Below, piece after piece: positions 13,571-26,950 of a stretch of DNA of 64,000 nt. Position 1 is the stretch's first letter. Each line of letters begins with the position of its first letter. Location: the NCBI RefSeq assembly GCF_009914755.1, contig NC_060926.1; one strand, given 5' to 3'. The position numbers and the translations under genes are program-made. This stretch comes from the human T2T-CHM13v2.0 reference genome, Homo sapiens. Under the pieces are notes generated by a model. It made no database searches. It was not told the origin of the DNA and saw nothing but the letters and a program-made list of their open reading frames with translations.

Positions 13571-16289
13571 CTCACTCTTCCCACATCCATATCTATACGG
13601 GGGTGAAGGGAAGTTCCTATGGCCAGCTGTACAATTCTCTGCTGAAAATGACATGGCCTTCTTCAAAATCTTAAATATCTATACTTTGATTCTCCTATTG
13701 AAGCTTGGCATAAACTCTATATGGTGTCTTTTCCCACCACAGAAAGCTGTAATACCCTCGTGTTCACTGGGTTGTACAGCCCAAGGTACAGGGCTGTGAG
13801 CATCACAGACCAGAGCTGATGCAAGCTCTTTCCTGCTCAAGGACAACTCAAAGTAGACAGCTCTCAATGTCATGCGATAAACAAGTCAAAGAAATAGTCC
13901 CAAGTTCCTAGCAGGCATTGTGTTTATGATTTAGAAATAAGAGGTTAAAAATGCAATAATTTGTCCTTTTCTTTTGAAGAAAAATCCCAGCATGATACAC
14001 CTACTGGATCCCTAACAACTTCACTGATGGTGGCAGGAACTTGAATCTCTACAGGGCTTATCTCCCACCCTCTGAAAAATATATGGCTTATAAAGCCTTC
14101 CAACATACTTGCCATTTCTTATTCATCTGATTCAGTTAACCCAATGTCGTTGACACAATATACTAAAGTGATGTTCTGCAGAACATCCATGCAGTCCAAA
14201 TCTCTTCAGACTATAACCTAACAGATTTTGTCCATTACCCACAAATGAAAATGGCTTCTGTCTTTTTCCTAGATAAGCATGAGAAAGAATGCGTTTAGTA
14301 GATCAACACCTACATACTGCATGCCTCCAGCAGACATCTAACCACATCTGACAAAACAGTAGCCATTGGAGCAACTGCTTGGTTGAGTTTTGGGGCTCCA
14401 TTGCCATTTACAGGATCTGTTTGATTTTTTCTTGGGCAAGACTGGTGAATTGAAAGATATATGATGGGAACTATGACCCCTGCATTCTTTTAGTCTTTAA
14501 GGAGCTTGCACTGATCTCTGCCACTTCTCTGTCTCCTGTACTTCTCTGCCTCTCAAATGAGATACTATCTTGGCTATGTGTGCAGTTTCAGAGATGTCTA
14601 CTTGACCATCTGTCTACAATGGATTTTACCCCATAGGCTGCACATCTTACCAAATCTTATTTTTCATCCCCATAGTTCTCTTCAGGCCAGGCCTCCTCTG
14701 GCTGCAATTTTTGACTTTGCTACCTCATTATGATAATTGTACCCAACATGCTTTAGATAGTTGTGCTGCCCTTATGTCTACGTAATTTTGGGATCCTATC
14801 ACTCCTATTGTCACAAGATAGCCCATTTTATTACAGCATTCCCAACCATCAGCCCCACCCTGGAGTGGACTGCCACAAATAACCTTCATAATGCTGGGGC
14901 GCATCTCAAATCAATAGTCACCTGGGGACAGAGACGGAGAGATGAAGGGATTGCAAAAAGGCACAAAGAAACTTTTGGAGGTGACGGAAATGTACAGTAT
15001 CTTGGTTATAGTGGTGACATGTGTATACACGTGTCAAAATTTATTGAAGTGTGTACTTTCAATATGTGTTGTTCATTGTATGCAAATTGTACCTCAGTAA
15101 AGTTGTTTAAAAAAAACTAAGCCTAATAGTGGATTTACATTCAAAATAAAAACAGATGCAGAATACAGATGCTGAACAAAAAATTAATGTCTGTTTCCAT
15201 TTAAAGATCAGCTTGTCTTCTATAATATGGTAAGAGAAAAATTTTGAAAAGTATTTTTAACATATTTAATACTCTTTGTAAAGTGTCACAAAAACAAATT
15301 AAGCAAAAATGATCAACCATTAGCTGACAGGCTAATATTTCATATTAATTATATTTCAAAATTCTATGTAGTGTTCTAACCCTCTAAATGATATGCATGA
15401 AAAGAATGAATCACAATTTCCTCCACAAAATCTGAAGGGTTATCAAAGTTCAGTATTGAGGCTTGAGTTTTTTCCCTTAATGTTAGCATCACAAAAGATG
15501 TACTGTTTATACATAAAACTAAATTGACTATATTGCACTAAAGTAACACATTTTATATAATATTAATGATTTAACAATTATGAAATATCTTAAACTCAGT
15601 TTGCCTAAATAAGTCACTTGCCTGACATAAAAAATCAAACAACAGTTTTGCAAGATCTTTTGAATGGTGTGACTATTATATGCTTGATCTTTCCAGGTTT
15701 ATCTAACTATACCTGGATTAACAGCAACAGCAAAAACTCATTGCATTATGGCAACTTAATAACTTCAGAGAAATTTAAAATTCTTCCCTCCAACATGATC
15801 GTCCTTAATGTTCATCATTTCTGCCTAATCCATAACTAAAATTGCAGTAGTGGGTATTGATTTATGTACGTATTAGAATGAATACATGGCTTTCCATCTT
15901 TAGTATGTAAACCATTTTGTTCTCTAAGGGGTTCCCCCCAAGGAAATGAACACTTTTATTTTTAAAGTTTATATGGAAAGGCAAAAGGACACAAATTTCA
16001 AAGACAATGTTGAGGGGAAAAATAATTGAAAAAAAATTTATCAAGGTGAGGCAATTTCCTCTATCAAATATCAAGATTTTTCATACGACTACATTAAGTT
16101 AATCATTAAACCAGGGTGATGTTGGAGCACACCAGAAAGTCCAGAAATAGTCCCACATATCTGGAGGTTGAGATATGACTTAGAATTGTATATTGATTCA
16201 GTCATTTCCTTCTCACGTCCCAGACATAAAATTATTTTTCTTTCATTCAATAGTTCTTTGCATAATAAAGTATACAATAGTAACACCAA

Positions 16290-16425
16290 ATAGTTATTGG
16301 GGTCTCATCTTGAGCCAAATACTTAGCATTTATGACTAAGTACTTCACATGCAATATTTCATTGAATCATCACATAAGGTAGTCACAATTACTAGTAACA
16401 TTTTCTAAGTGCAGAAACAGAAATA
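16290..16425 (-). mobile_element. MIR SINE
   Basis: ctaagtacttcacatgcaatatttcattgaatcatcaca...gcagaaacaga. Confidence 0.55.
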
Positions 16426-16611
16426 GAAGACAATAATAAATATTTCAACTACACAGAAATTTTAAATTTTGTTTATAATATGACCCTATAAAAAGCAAAA
16501 TGAGTAGCTGTAGTTGAGACCCTAAGGAGGAGATATTTGCAATACATATATTTGACAAGTGATTAATATCAAGAATATATAAGTATCTTATAACTATCTC
16601 CTACAAGGCAG

Positions 16612-16911
16612 CACCCCCCCACCGGCCCCACCAAGACAGAGTCTTGCTCTGTCGCCCAGGCTGGAGTGCAGTGGCGCGATCTCAGCTCACTGTAACGTGT
16701 GCCTCCCGGGTTCATGCAATTCTCCTGCCTCAGCCTCTTAAGTAGGTAGGATTACAGTGTGCATCACCATGCCTGGCAAATTTTTGTATTTTTAGTAGAG
16801 ACGGGGTTTCACCATGTTGGCCAGGCTGGTCTCAAACTCCTGACTTCGTGATCTGCCTGCCTCAGCCTCCCAAAGTGCTAGGATTGCAGGTGTGAGCTAC
16901 CACGCCCAGCC
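16612..16911 (-). mobile_element. AluSg-like with non-A (G-rich) tail
   Basis: Full dimer; TSD tacaaggcag at 16602-16611 and 16912-16921; tail position holds C-rich tract 16612-16632. Confidence 0.93.
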
Positions 16912-17514
16912 TACAAGGCAGTTTTCAAAACACAACCAAATGGAAACATGAACAAAATAGACCAGTAGTTAGAACCTGGCAGAGGAAATCCAAATATGAA
17001 AAGAGTATCCAAACTCACTAGTAAAAAAACCGCCACCACCACCACCAACAAACAAAAACATAAACGAATTGAAAATATCAGATTCCATTGCAGGTCTCTC
17101 AACTTGGCAAAAATTTTAAAGTCTGACAAAATTAGTGAAGGACAAAAAACTCTCTTATACTGCTGTGGGAATGTAAATTCACATTAGTACCGTGAAAATC
17201 AATTGGCAATACATATTTAGGTTAAATGTTGTGCTCCATGACCCTGTAATTCCTTCCTCTCCTATGTATGGTCTGGAAATTTTCATACACGAAACATACA
17301 TACACAAAATGAGACATGTTACAAGAATGTTCGTGGAGCATTCTTAAAATAGGAAATAGTCATCAATGGAAAATGGATACATAAGTTGAGGAACACTCAC
17401 ACAAAGGATTTTAAAACACTGAAAATAAACTAGAATTAACATATCATTCTGAATGAATCTCACAAAGATAAGTAAAAAGCACATTGCAAAGATACATGTA
17501 CTGTGCTCCATTTT

Positions 17515-17960
17515 GTTACAGATTTGACATTTTATCACTCCCTCTCCGATTTAACATTTCTTACATTTGGTTTTTCTGAACATCATGATCTTAGATGTCC
17601 TGCTACATTACTGGCAAATTCTCAGTCTCTTCTGTTTTCCATCTTATTTCAGGATTTGTTAATGTTGGAAGATCACAATAATCTGCCTTTAGACATTTTC
17701 TCTTATGAATTTTCACTTTTTCTTCTTGATCACATCTTTTTTCATTGTTTTAAATACTATCTATGCACTGATGACTCCTAGATGGCCCCAGGCCTTTTCT
17801 CTGGATTCCCGATTCACATATACAACTATCTATTGCCATATCCATTTGGATATCTTATTAAATATATCAAAAACTTAACATGTCTAAAATATCTTCCTTG
17901 CTGACTTTCCAAAACCTGGCTCTGTCCTTTGTCTTCCCCACTGCAGTTAATGGCAACTTT
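17515..17960 (+). mobile_element. L2 LINE RT-region fragment
   Basis: ORF 17503-17781 ends FHCFKYYLCTDDS, like L2 SHGFKYHLYADDS; aaacttaacatgtctaaaa motif. Confidence 0.8.
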
Positions 17961-17974
17961 ATTTTTTCTTCCTG

Positions 17975-19385
17975 TCCCACTTGAAGAAATTGGACCAATT
18001 ATCTTACACCTCCTGAATTTGTCAGTGTTGTTAGCCTGTTTCTCTAGCCCGTATATTTCTTGTTAATTTTAAGTCTAAGAACTTGGTCAAATTCAAGTCG
18101 TGGTTAAAACTGAACACTGAGTTAAGGTAATGACCACCTGATACCTCCATTGTCTAACTGAAGAAAGTGAGCTAGCTGGTTTAACACTGTATTCGATTAC
18201 TATTGCTGCTGTAACAAATTAACACAAACTTAGTGGTTTAAAATGACAATAATCCATTATCATACAGTTTGGAGATCAGAATTCCAAATGAATCAGCAGA
18301 GCTAAGGGTCTAGGGGAGAATATATCCCTTGTATTTGCAGCTTCTAGAAGCTTCCCGCCTTCCTTGGCTCATGAACCTGCATCACTCTGACTTCTGCTCT
18401 TGTCGTCATACCTTTTACTCTAACTCACTTAACCTTCTTCTTATAAGTCCCCTTAAGTCTGCAAAGTCTCTTTCACCATGAAAGACAACTTTCATGCTTT
18501 AAGTGCATTATTTCAACAGGAGTCAGAGATTAGGATGTGAACATCTTTTGGAGGGGATGGAAGGCATTACACTGCCTGCCACAGGCACTACACAAATGTT
18601 CATCTCTCCATCAGTCTTTCAACCAGTGGTTTTAACACTATTGTTCATCATCGCTCAAGTCAATAATTCTAATAAAGATTGAAAAATAATAATTTTTTAA
18701 AGGGAGTCTATTTCTTAAACCTAAAATTCAAGTACCACAGCAAAGGCAGAAAAAAACATGCTTAAATATTTTCTTTTGATTTCCATTTTTTAAAGTAAAA
18801 AAGTTAAATAACAGCTTTGAATGCTGACAAATGAATTTCTTTGGTTTTCCTAATCATTCAGTCTCAATGATTTTTGCAGAATATAATTTCAACAATTGTA
18901 ATATTCATCCTCTTATGCATATTGTCACAATTTTGGCCATTGGGAGTTCCTTTGAGCTGGCTCCTGTGTTCTTTGACATGACACTATCAATCTTTGAATC
19001 CTCTTTCATTTACAGTATAATTACATGCCCTAGGACCACCTTGTACTTTCCTTGACCCACATTTCGAATCAGCCATTTCTCCAAGGAGGGAAATAGTATT
19101 AGAGGACACAACCCTAGTGCTACAAATCATCATTGTTACTAGGGTGAAATTGCTTCTAAGCAATTTCAGTGGACAGAGATATATAAATTAATGACTTTAT
19201 ATTTGATATACAATACAATTTCAATATGTTTCCCTCCTTTTATTTTATTCTTGTATATATTCCAACTTACACGAAAGTATTTCTTTTTGTTGTTATATTA
19301 ACATTTGTTTCATTCAACAGTATAAAGAGTATCAATATAAAAATAGCAATATTACCTTTTAAAAGTTAAACTACTATCCAATAAA
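17975..19385 (-). mobile_element. L1MC4/5-like 3' end (continues ~21866-24830)
   Basis: ttggccattgggagttcctttgagctggctcctgtgttctttgacatgac; aatcagccatttctccaaggag. Confidence 0.7.
18188..18583 (-). mobile_element. MaLR solo LTR, MLT1D-like
   Basis: tgtattcg...ctattgctgctgtaacaaatt...cacaaacttagtgg; gattaggatgtgaacatctt...ctgcctgccaca. Confidence 0.85.
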
Positions 19386-20040
19386 GTTTTGTGTAGACAT
19401 AGCCAAACTCATTCTAAAATTTATTGTAGAAAGGCACAGGACCTACACTAGCTTGAATAATTTTGAAAAATAAGCATAAAGTGGGAAGAATCACTTTACT
19501 CAAAACTAGGGCTAACTATATAGCTATAGTAATCGAAACAGCATGATATTGGCAGAGAAACAGACACACAGATCAATGAAACAGAATAGAAAACCCAAAA
19601 ATAAAGCCACACAAATATATCCAACTGATTTTTGACAAAGGTACAAAGGTAATTCAATAGAGAAAGGCTAGTCTCTTATTGGAGCAATTGGACATTCATA
19701 GGTTTAAAAAAGCACAAAGAAAGTAGACATAAACCTCACACCTTATACAAAACTAAACTCAAAGTGAATCCCAGGTTTAAATTTAAAGTATAAAACTATA
19801 AAACTTTAGAAAATTAAATAAAATATTTAGTCCTTAGGGCTAAGAGTTCTTACATTTGACAATAAATTACAATTTATAAAAGAAAAAATGTATCACATCA
19901 AAATTTAAAACTTTTGCTTTCCAAAGATCCTGTAAAAAGGATAAAAAGATTAGTTACAAACAGAAAATATTTATAAACCATATATTCAACAAAGGACTTG
20001 TAGCTAGAATATATAAAGAACTCTCAAAACTCAACCATAA

Positions 20041-20468
<428 letters not shown>

Positions 20469-20989
20469 TCAATATCATTAACCATTAGGGAAGTGCACAT
20501 AAATCAACAAGCTACCTACCACTACACACCTAACAGAATGGTTAAAAATTAAATAAAAATAGTGATGAATATCTAATGCTAGAAAGAATGTGAGAAACTG
20601 GATCAATCATACATTATTAGTAGGAATATAAAATGATATAGCCAGTCTGGAAATGAGTATGGCAGTTTCTTATAAAACTAAACATATTTACCATATTGCC
20701 CAGTTGTATTCCTAGTTGTATTCCTGAAATTTATTCCAGAGAAATGAAAATGTACGTCTACCCCCAAACCTGCACATGAATGTTTATATCAGCTTTGTTT
20801 GTGAATCTAAAAAATAGAAACCATTTAGGTGTCCTTAAACAGGTGAATAGTTAAACTGTGGGACATCTATACTTTGAAATACTACTCAGCAATAAAAAGG
20901 AACTATTGATAACATGAAACAGTTTAGATAAAGTTCAAGGGAATTATGCCAAGTCTTGAAGTATTTCAAAAGTTTCATTTTATAAAACT

Positions 20990-21298
<309 letters not shown>

Positions 21299-21335
21299 CG
21301 AAATTTTACATAACATTTTTGAAAGAACAAAATCA

Positions 21336-21508
21336 CCGGGGCCTATTGTGGGGTAGGGGGAGGGGGGAGGGATAGCGTTAGGAGACATACCTAATGTTAA
21401 ATGATGAGTTAATGGGTGCAGCACACCAACATGGCACATGTATACATATGTAACAAACCTGCACGTTGTGCACATGTACCCTAAAACTTAAAGTATTAAA
21501 AAAAAAAA
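21336..21508 (+). mobile_element. L1PA4-like 3' fragment (~170 bp)
   Basis: cctaatgttaaatga...ccaacatgg...aacaaacctgcacgttgtg plus poly(A); perfect TSD aaagaacaaaatca at 21322-21335 and 21509-21522. Confidence 0.92.
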
Positions 21509-21663
21509 AAAGAACAAAATCAGAGATGGAGGACAGATTTGATGTCAAGGAAGGCAAATAATTTTGACTATAAGGAAGTAGAATAATTGAATCTCGTGAT
21601 GAAACTCTTCTGTATCTTGACTGTGGTGGTCACATGAATGTACACATGATAAAATCACAGAAT

Positions 21664-21683
21664 ACACACACACACACACACAC
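21664..21683. repeat. (AC)10 microsatellite
   Basis: Direct reading. Confidence 0.9.
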
Positions 21684-22377
21684 GTAAAACTGATGAAATT
21701 TGAGCAAAGTCAATAGATTGTATCAAAATCAATTTTCTGCTTGTGACATTGTTCTATAGTTAGGCAAAATATTACTGTGGAGGGAAACTACGTAAAGGAA
21801 GAATCTGTATTTCTTAGAAACTGCAAGTGAATCTACAATTATCACAAAACAAGAAATTTTAAAAGACTAAACAACCAAAAAAAGTTCGATTTATCTTTAC
21901 AGTTCTTTTTATTCTTAGAATGCACCGCACTAAGCATACACAGTCAAAAGATATATATTCTAAAATCAGTTGAAATAAATCTTTTGTGGATTTATATTAC
22001 CAACGCAATATCTAGCTGGATTTATTTGCTCATTTGTTCCCATTTGCTTTCAATATTAGGGATTTCTTACTAAATTGGGCTGTGTTTTCTCAACAGGTAG
22101 TGTGTTTACACGATTCAAGAGTTACAATATAAAGAGACACCTAGAAAAGTCTTGTTTCCCTTACCGCCTCCTCCTTTATTTGCCCTCTCAACCCCTTGTA
22201 GGTAAATACTTTTATTTTACAAACAAATCCTGAAAGTGTTTGTTTAGCATGCAAATAATTGCCTTATCTTACTAAAGAAATCAGCATATACTATGATGCA
22301 TGTTGCTTGTTTTCCTCAGTATGTCTTAGAATAACAATATATTCTCTATCATAATACACAGAATATAGCTTCATTCT

Positions 22378-22729
22378 ATTTTTTATTAATTTCAACTTTT
22401 ATTTTAGATTTACGGTATACATGTGCAGGTTTGTTACCTGAGTATATTAAGTGATGCTGAGGTTTGGGTACGACTGATCCCATCACCCAGGTACTGAGGA
22501 TAATATCCAATAGTTTTTCAACCTTTGCTCCCCATCTCCTTCCCCATTCTGTACTTTCCAGTGTCTATTGTTCTCATTTTTATGTCCGTGTGTACCCAAC
22601 ATTTTGCTCCCACTTCTGAGAACACTTGGCATTTGGTTTTCTGTTCCTGCATTAATTCACTTAGGATTATCACCTCCAGTTGCACTCCTGTTGCTGCAAA
22701 GGACACAGTTCATTCTTTACGTGGCTGTG
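22378..22729 (-). mobile_element. L1PA15/16-like 3' fragment
   Basis: gatgctgaggtttggg...gatcccatcacccaggta; ORF 22518-22706 MSFAATGVQLEVIILSEL is the ORF2 C-terminus; TSD c[t/a]tcattct. Confidence 0.88.
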
Positions 22730-23214
22730 CATCATTCTTTTCAAAAACTATTATATTCCACTGCATGGATATACCACAGGTTACTTAATTAGGTCTCTTT
22801 TGCTGGACACTCAGCTGTCAAGTAATACCACATAACCTAGTACATATGAAATTTCTTATTCAAGTATATCTATATAATGTATTTACAGAAATTTGATTGT
22901 TAGGTTTAAGGATTAAAGAATTTGTAATGTTCTTAGATAGTGCCAAATTTTCCTTCATAGGTATTGTACCATTTTGTACTCTTTCCAGAAATAACAAGTA
23001 TCTCTCCAATAGAATTTTCAAACTTCTGTATTTTCCTCAATTTGATGGTTAGAAAATGGCTATTACCAGTTAATTTTTATTCATTTTATTGAGAGAAGTT
23101 GAATATCTTTTCAAATACTTAAATGCCATTCATAAACTTTCTGTGATTTGTCTTTTATGACTTTTGTTCTTTTTTTGGTTGGTTTTTTCTTTCTCTTCTC
23201 AATTTCTAAGAGTC

Positions 23215-23435
23215 ACAAATATGTATATGTAGATATATAATTTACATATTACATATTTCAAACATATACTATACAAAATATGATTATGTATTTGCTATAT
23301 ATATATACTTATGTTTAATATATGTATGAATATATTGTGTGACATATATAATATATATTTATGTTACATATTATATATTCATAATATATTTGAAAATCCT
23401 ATAAATTGAAGCTTATATATTGATATATATGATTA
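23215..23435. repeat. TA-rich low-complexity tract
   Basis: Degenerate (TA)n/(TATG)n. Confidence 0.75.
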
Positions 23436-23587
23436 TTCCTTTGTAACATGACTTGCAAAAAGATTCACACTCTATTGATTTTTGTCTTTATCTTGATTTT
23501 TGCCATGTAAAATTCGACTATATAAAATTATCAATATTTTATGTATTCTGGGTTTTGGATATAGGTCTTCATTTTAAGATTTGGTTT

Positions 23588-23881
23588 TATTTATTTTTGA
23601 GACATTGTTTCATTCTGTTGCTCAGACTGTAGTGCAGTGGTATGATCATGGCTCACTGTAGCCTCAACCTCCTGAGTTTGGCAATCCTCCCACCTCAGCC
23701 TCCTGAGTAGCTAGGACAACAGGCGTGTGCTACCATGCCCAGCTGATTTTTTGTATTTTTTTGTACAGATGAAGCCTCCTTTTGTGAACAAAGCTGGTTT
23801 CACACTCCTGGGCTCAGGCAATCCTCCTGCTTTGGCCTCCCAAAGTGCTAGGATTAGAGGTGTGAGCCACCACAGCAGGCT
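23588..23881 (-). mobile_element. AluJ (Jo/Jr-like)
   Basis: gatcatggctcactgtagcctcaacctcc, ctcctgggctca; short TSD tggtttt. Confidence 0.92.
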
Positions 23882-24213
23882 TGGTTTTGTTATTTAGATT
23901 TTTGGTCGGTTTTAACTAGTCTTGATGTATGACGTTAGGTATCAGTCCAATCTCATCATTTTCCAAGTGGTTATCCAGGTATCTCTGCATCATTTAAGTT
24001 CCATCTTTGCTTTTTAGAGTTGAGATACTACTTTTATCAGATACTAAATGTTCATGTGTATTTTTCCATTTATTAATCTGCTAACTTAATTATACTCTAA
24101 GGTTTCACTGCACATCTTAATATCCAATAGAACTTAATCGCACATACTTTTTTCATTCCAGTGTTTTCATGATTGTTCCTCCTAGTTTAGATGCATTTAA
24201 AGTTACCTTATGT

Positions 24214-24574
<361 letters not shown>

Positions 24575-24829
24575 TTAGTTCAGTTCAGCAAAGAGGGGCA
24601 GGAATGAAGAGTTGGCATTTTTTTCTCTGAAATCTCATTAATTTATAAATGAATTTAGGGAGAATTGACATATTGACAATCTTCATATCTAAAAACATTG
24701 TACATTTTTCCACTTTATGGTTTATTTTTGTGTCGCAAAGACAAGAATCAACTAAAAAAACTATGTGTTTTACTATTTCTGTTGCTTTTATAAATGGGTT
24801 CTGTCTTCCATTTTATATGAAAGATTCTT

Positions 24830-24938
24830 CCCCTCTATTTACATATGTTTTGCTCACTGACATGTTCTCCAGAGCATATAACACCATGGACATGTATAGT
24901 AGGTGCTCAATAAGTGTTTGTTAAATGAATGAATAAAA
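24830..24938 (+). mobile_element. L2 3' end
   Basis: tagtaggtgctcaataagtgtttgttaaatgaatgaat. Confidence 0.75.
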
Positions 24939-25174
24939 AGATTTGTTCTGTGTATTTGAGGGATATATACAAGTACAGTGAAAATAAAAGGAATATCTAA
25001 ATGCCAAGTTAATATATGAATTTGAAATGAACTCCATGTGCATAAATTCTGCCATTTGTATTCATATATTAGCTAACTTACATAAAACCTGTAATTTATA
25101 TAACCTATAAAAAGGGTACTAAAGGTAAAGAGAATATTTTCTCATATCTTTCACGAGGTTCTTAATTCTACTAT

Positions 25175-25286
25175 CAGGGCCATTTCATGGGCACTAAGAT
25201 GAGCCCCGTGTTTGGTTGGATGTTCTGCTGTTTTGAAATTCTTAATTTTTGAACAAGAAGACCCATAAATTATGTGGTCAGTCCTG
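25175..25286. mobile_element. MER91A-like hAT-Tip100 MITE (internally deleted)
   Basis: cagggccatttcatgggc...ttgaaattcttaatttttgaacaag...aaattatgtggtcagtcctg. Confidence 0.75.
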
Positions 25287-25629
25287 AGGATATGAAGTAT
25301 AAACAGACCAAAGAAAATTTTAGGCATAATAGAGTCAGTTTAAATAAGAGGTAGAGGCAGCCAAGACAAGGCCACTCCTAGATACTACCACACGGTTGCC
25401 CCTCTACTCAGATGCTGTTAAAAAGAGGTTTAGACCAAGCCCTACTTTTTCACAGTATATCCTCTACCCCTTTTCTTTTTCTAACTACTCTCAGCCTTTG
25501 AAACACAGCTAAAATAACACCAATTCTGTAAAATCAGGTCTCCTAATAGTTCCCACTATACTTTGTTCAGAATTTTGAATATTCACCACATAATTTTCAA
25601 ATATATCTTTTTATACATCTCTCTGGGCA

Positions 25630-25790
25630 AATTTTGGTGTTGGAATTATAGAGATCTTGGCTGAAATCCCAGCTCACTACTTTAAGTCTCTGGGTTTTTA
25701 TCCATAGAATCAAGTTAGTAAATACCCACCTTCTTAGAGTTGTTTAGAGAATAAAATAAGAATATGCGTGATTTCAAGAAAGCATGTTCT
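25630..25790 (+). mobile_element. MIR SINE
   Basis: gaaatcccagctc...acccaccttcttagagttgtttagagaataaaataaga. Confidence 0.55.
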
Positions 25791-26559
25791 ACCCATTGTG
25801 TTGGTTCCCAGATAATAATTCCCCTAAGCTTCCTTTCTCTAGGAAAAAAATTATGTTGTATTGGCCTTTATATTCTTAGGACAGAGCAAAATATCTGACC
25901 TGTGGGAGTTCAAATGTTTATGGAATGCCCAAATGTATGAATGATCTAGTCTCATGCATCAGAGACATAGAATGACCTCTGGCTCCCCAATCTGAAGCTT
26001 TTCCCTGGTTGGAATTGCACTGTCTCATGGGTCTTTGGCTCCCAGAAGTAATAAACCATGCTTTACTTGACTGGTCTCGATAGCCAAAGTGTTCGCGGCT
26101 CTAATGCTGCCTAATTTCATTTTTATTCAGCAATTCTTCTCAGAGGCTTTCCCAGAAGACCATGAATAAACTATTCCAGGTGCCTCTCCTTCTCCATCCA
26201 TTGACCTGGCCAAGTACAGAGACTTCCGCTGCTGGGATTTCAGCAAGAACCAAGTCATCACTTGAAAAGCTATTTGCTCTGAAATAAACCACAACTTTGT
26301 GTGCAAATGGAAGATGCTGTTTCTCTAAACTTTAATCATTTAGCTTCCAATAGCATTTACAAAGTCTATCAATCACAGTCACAAATTAAGCTGCACTTTT
26401 AAAGTAACCCAAGGAATGTTAAACAAGCAAGCTGGCCTTCTGCGGTCACTTTTTCCCTTGGAATAATTGCACATTTGAGACACAGCATGAAAGGACTAAA
26501 ATTCAAGGCAAAGGATTTGAGCAGAGGATCACTGTGGAATAGTAGTATAAGATCACTAA

Positions 26560-26950
26560 GATACATTTATATTTGATACATTATTAAGTTTTGAAACTTT
26601 GAAGGGTAATCTATTAAAGAAGTAAAATCTTAAGTTGAACTTGGTGGAGAAGGGAACACGGTCAGGAGGAAGGCAAAGAGAAGCAGAGAGTCTGGAGAAG
26701 TAATAAAAAAGAAGTAGGATGGGCAACAATTTCCAGGAAGAATTAAAGAGGAAATGTGGCTCAAGTATCACAATTCCCTGAGAAGAAGTCTTCATCATAG
26801 AAGGAGGGGAAGAAAAGGTTAAATATACACAGGAGTGGGTTGGGCCAACCCATCTGCTGAGTCTGACAGTGTATAAAAGTGGCTTGCTCCAGCATTGCAT
26901 CAACATTATCGTGTGGGAAAGTGAGAGTTGGAGTGTGGTAGAGGCATTAT
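26560..26950 (-). mobile_element. Probable decayed L2 fragment
   Basis: Purine-rich plus strand loosely matching antisense L2 body (gtatcacaattccctgagaagaagtc...agaaggagggg). Confidence 0.35.

Larger units (their letters stand above)
15950..17515 (+). mobile_element. Ancient L1M/L1ME ORF2-3' fragments (interrupted by MIR and Alu)
   Basis: aaagtccagaaatag, gagatatttgcaatacatatatttgacaag, ctcttatactgctgtgggaatgtaaatt. Confidence 0.6.
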
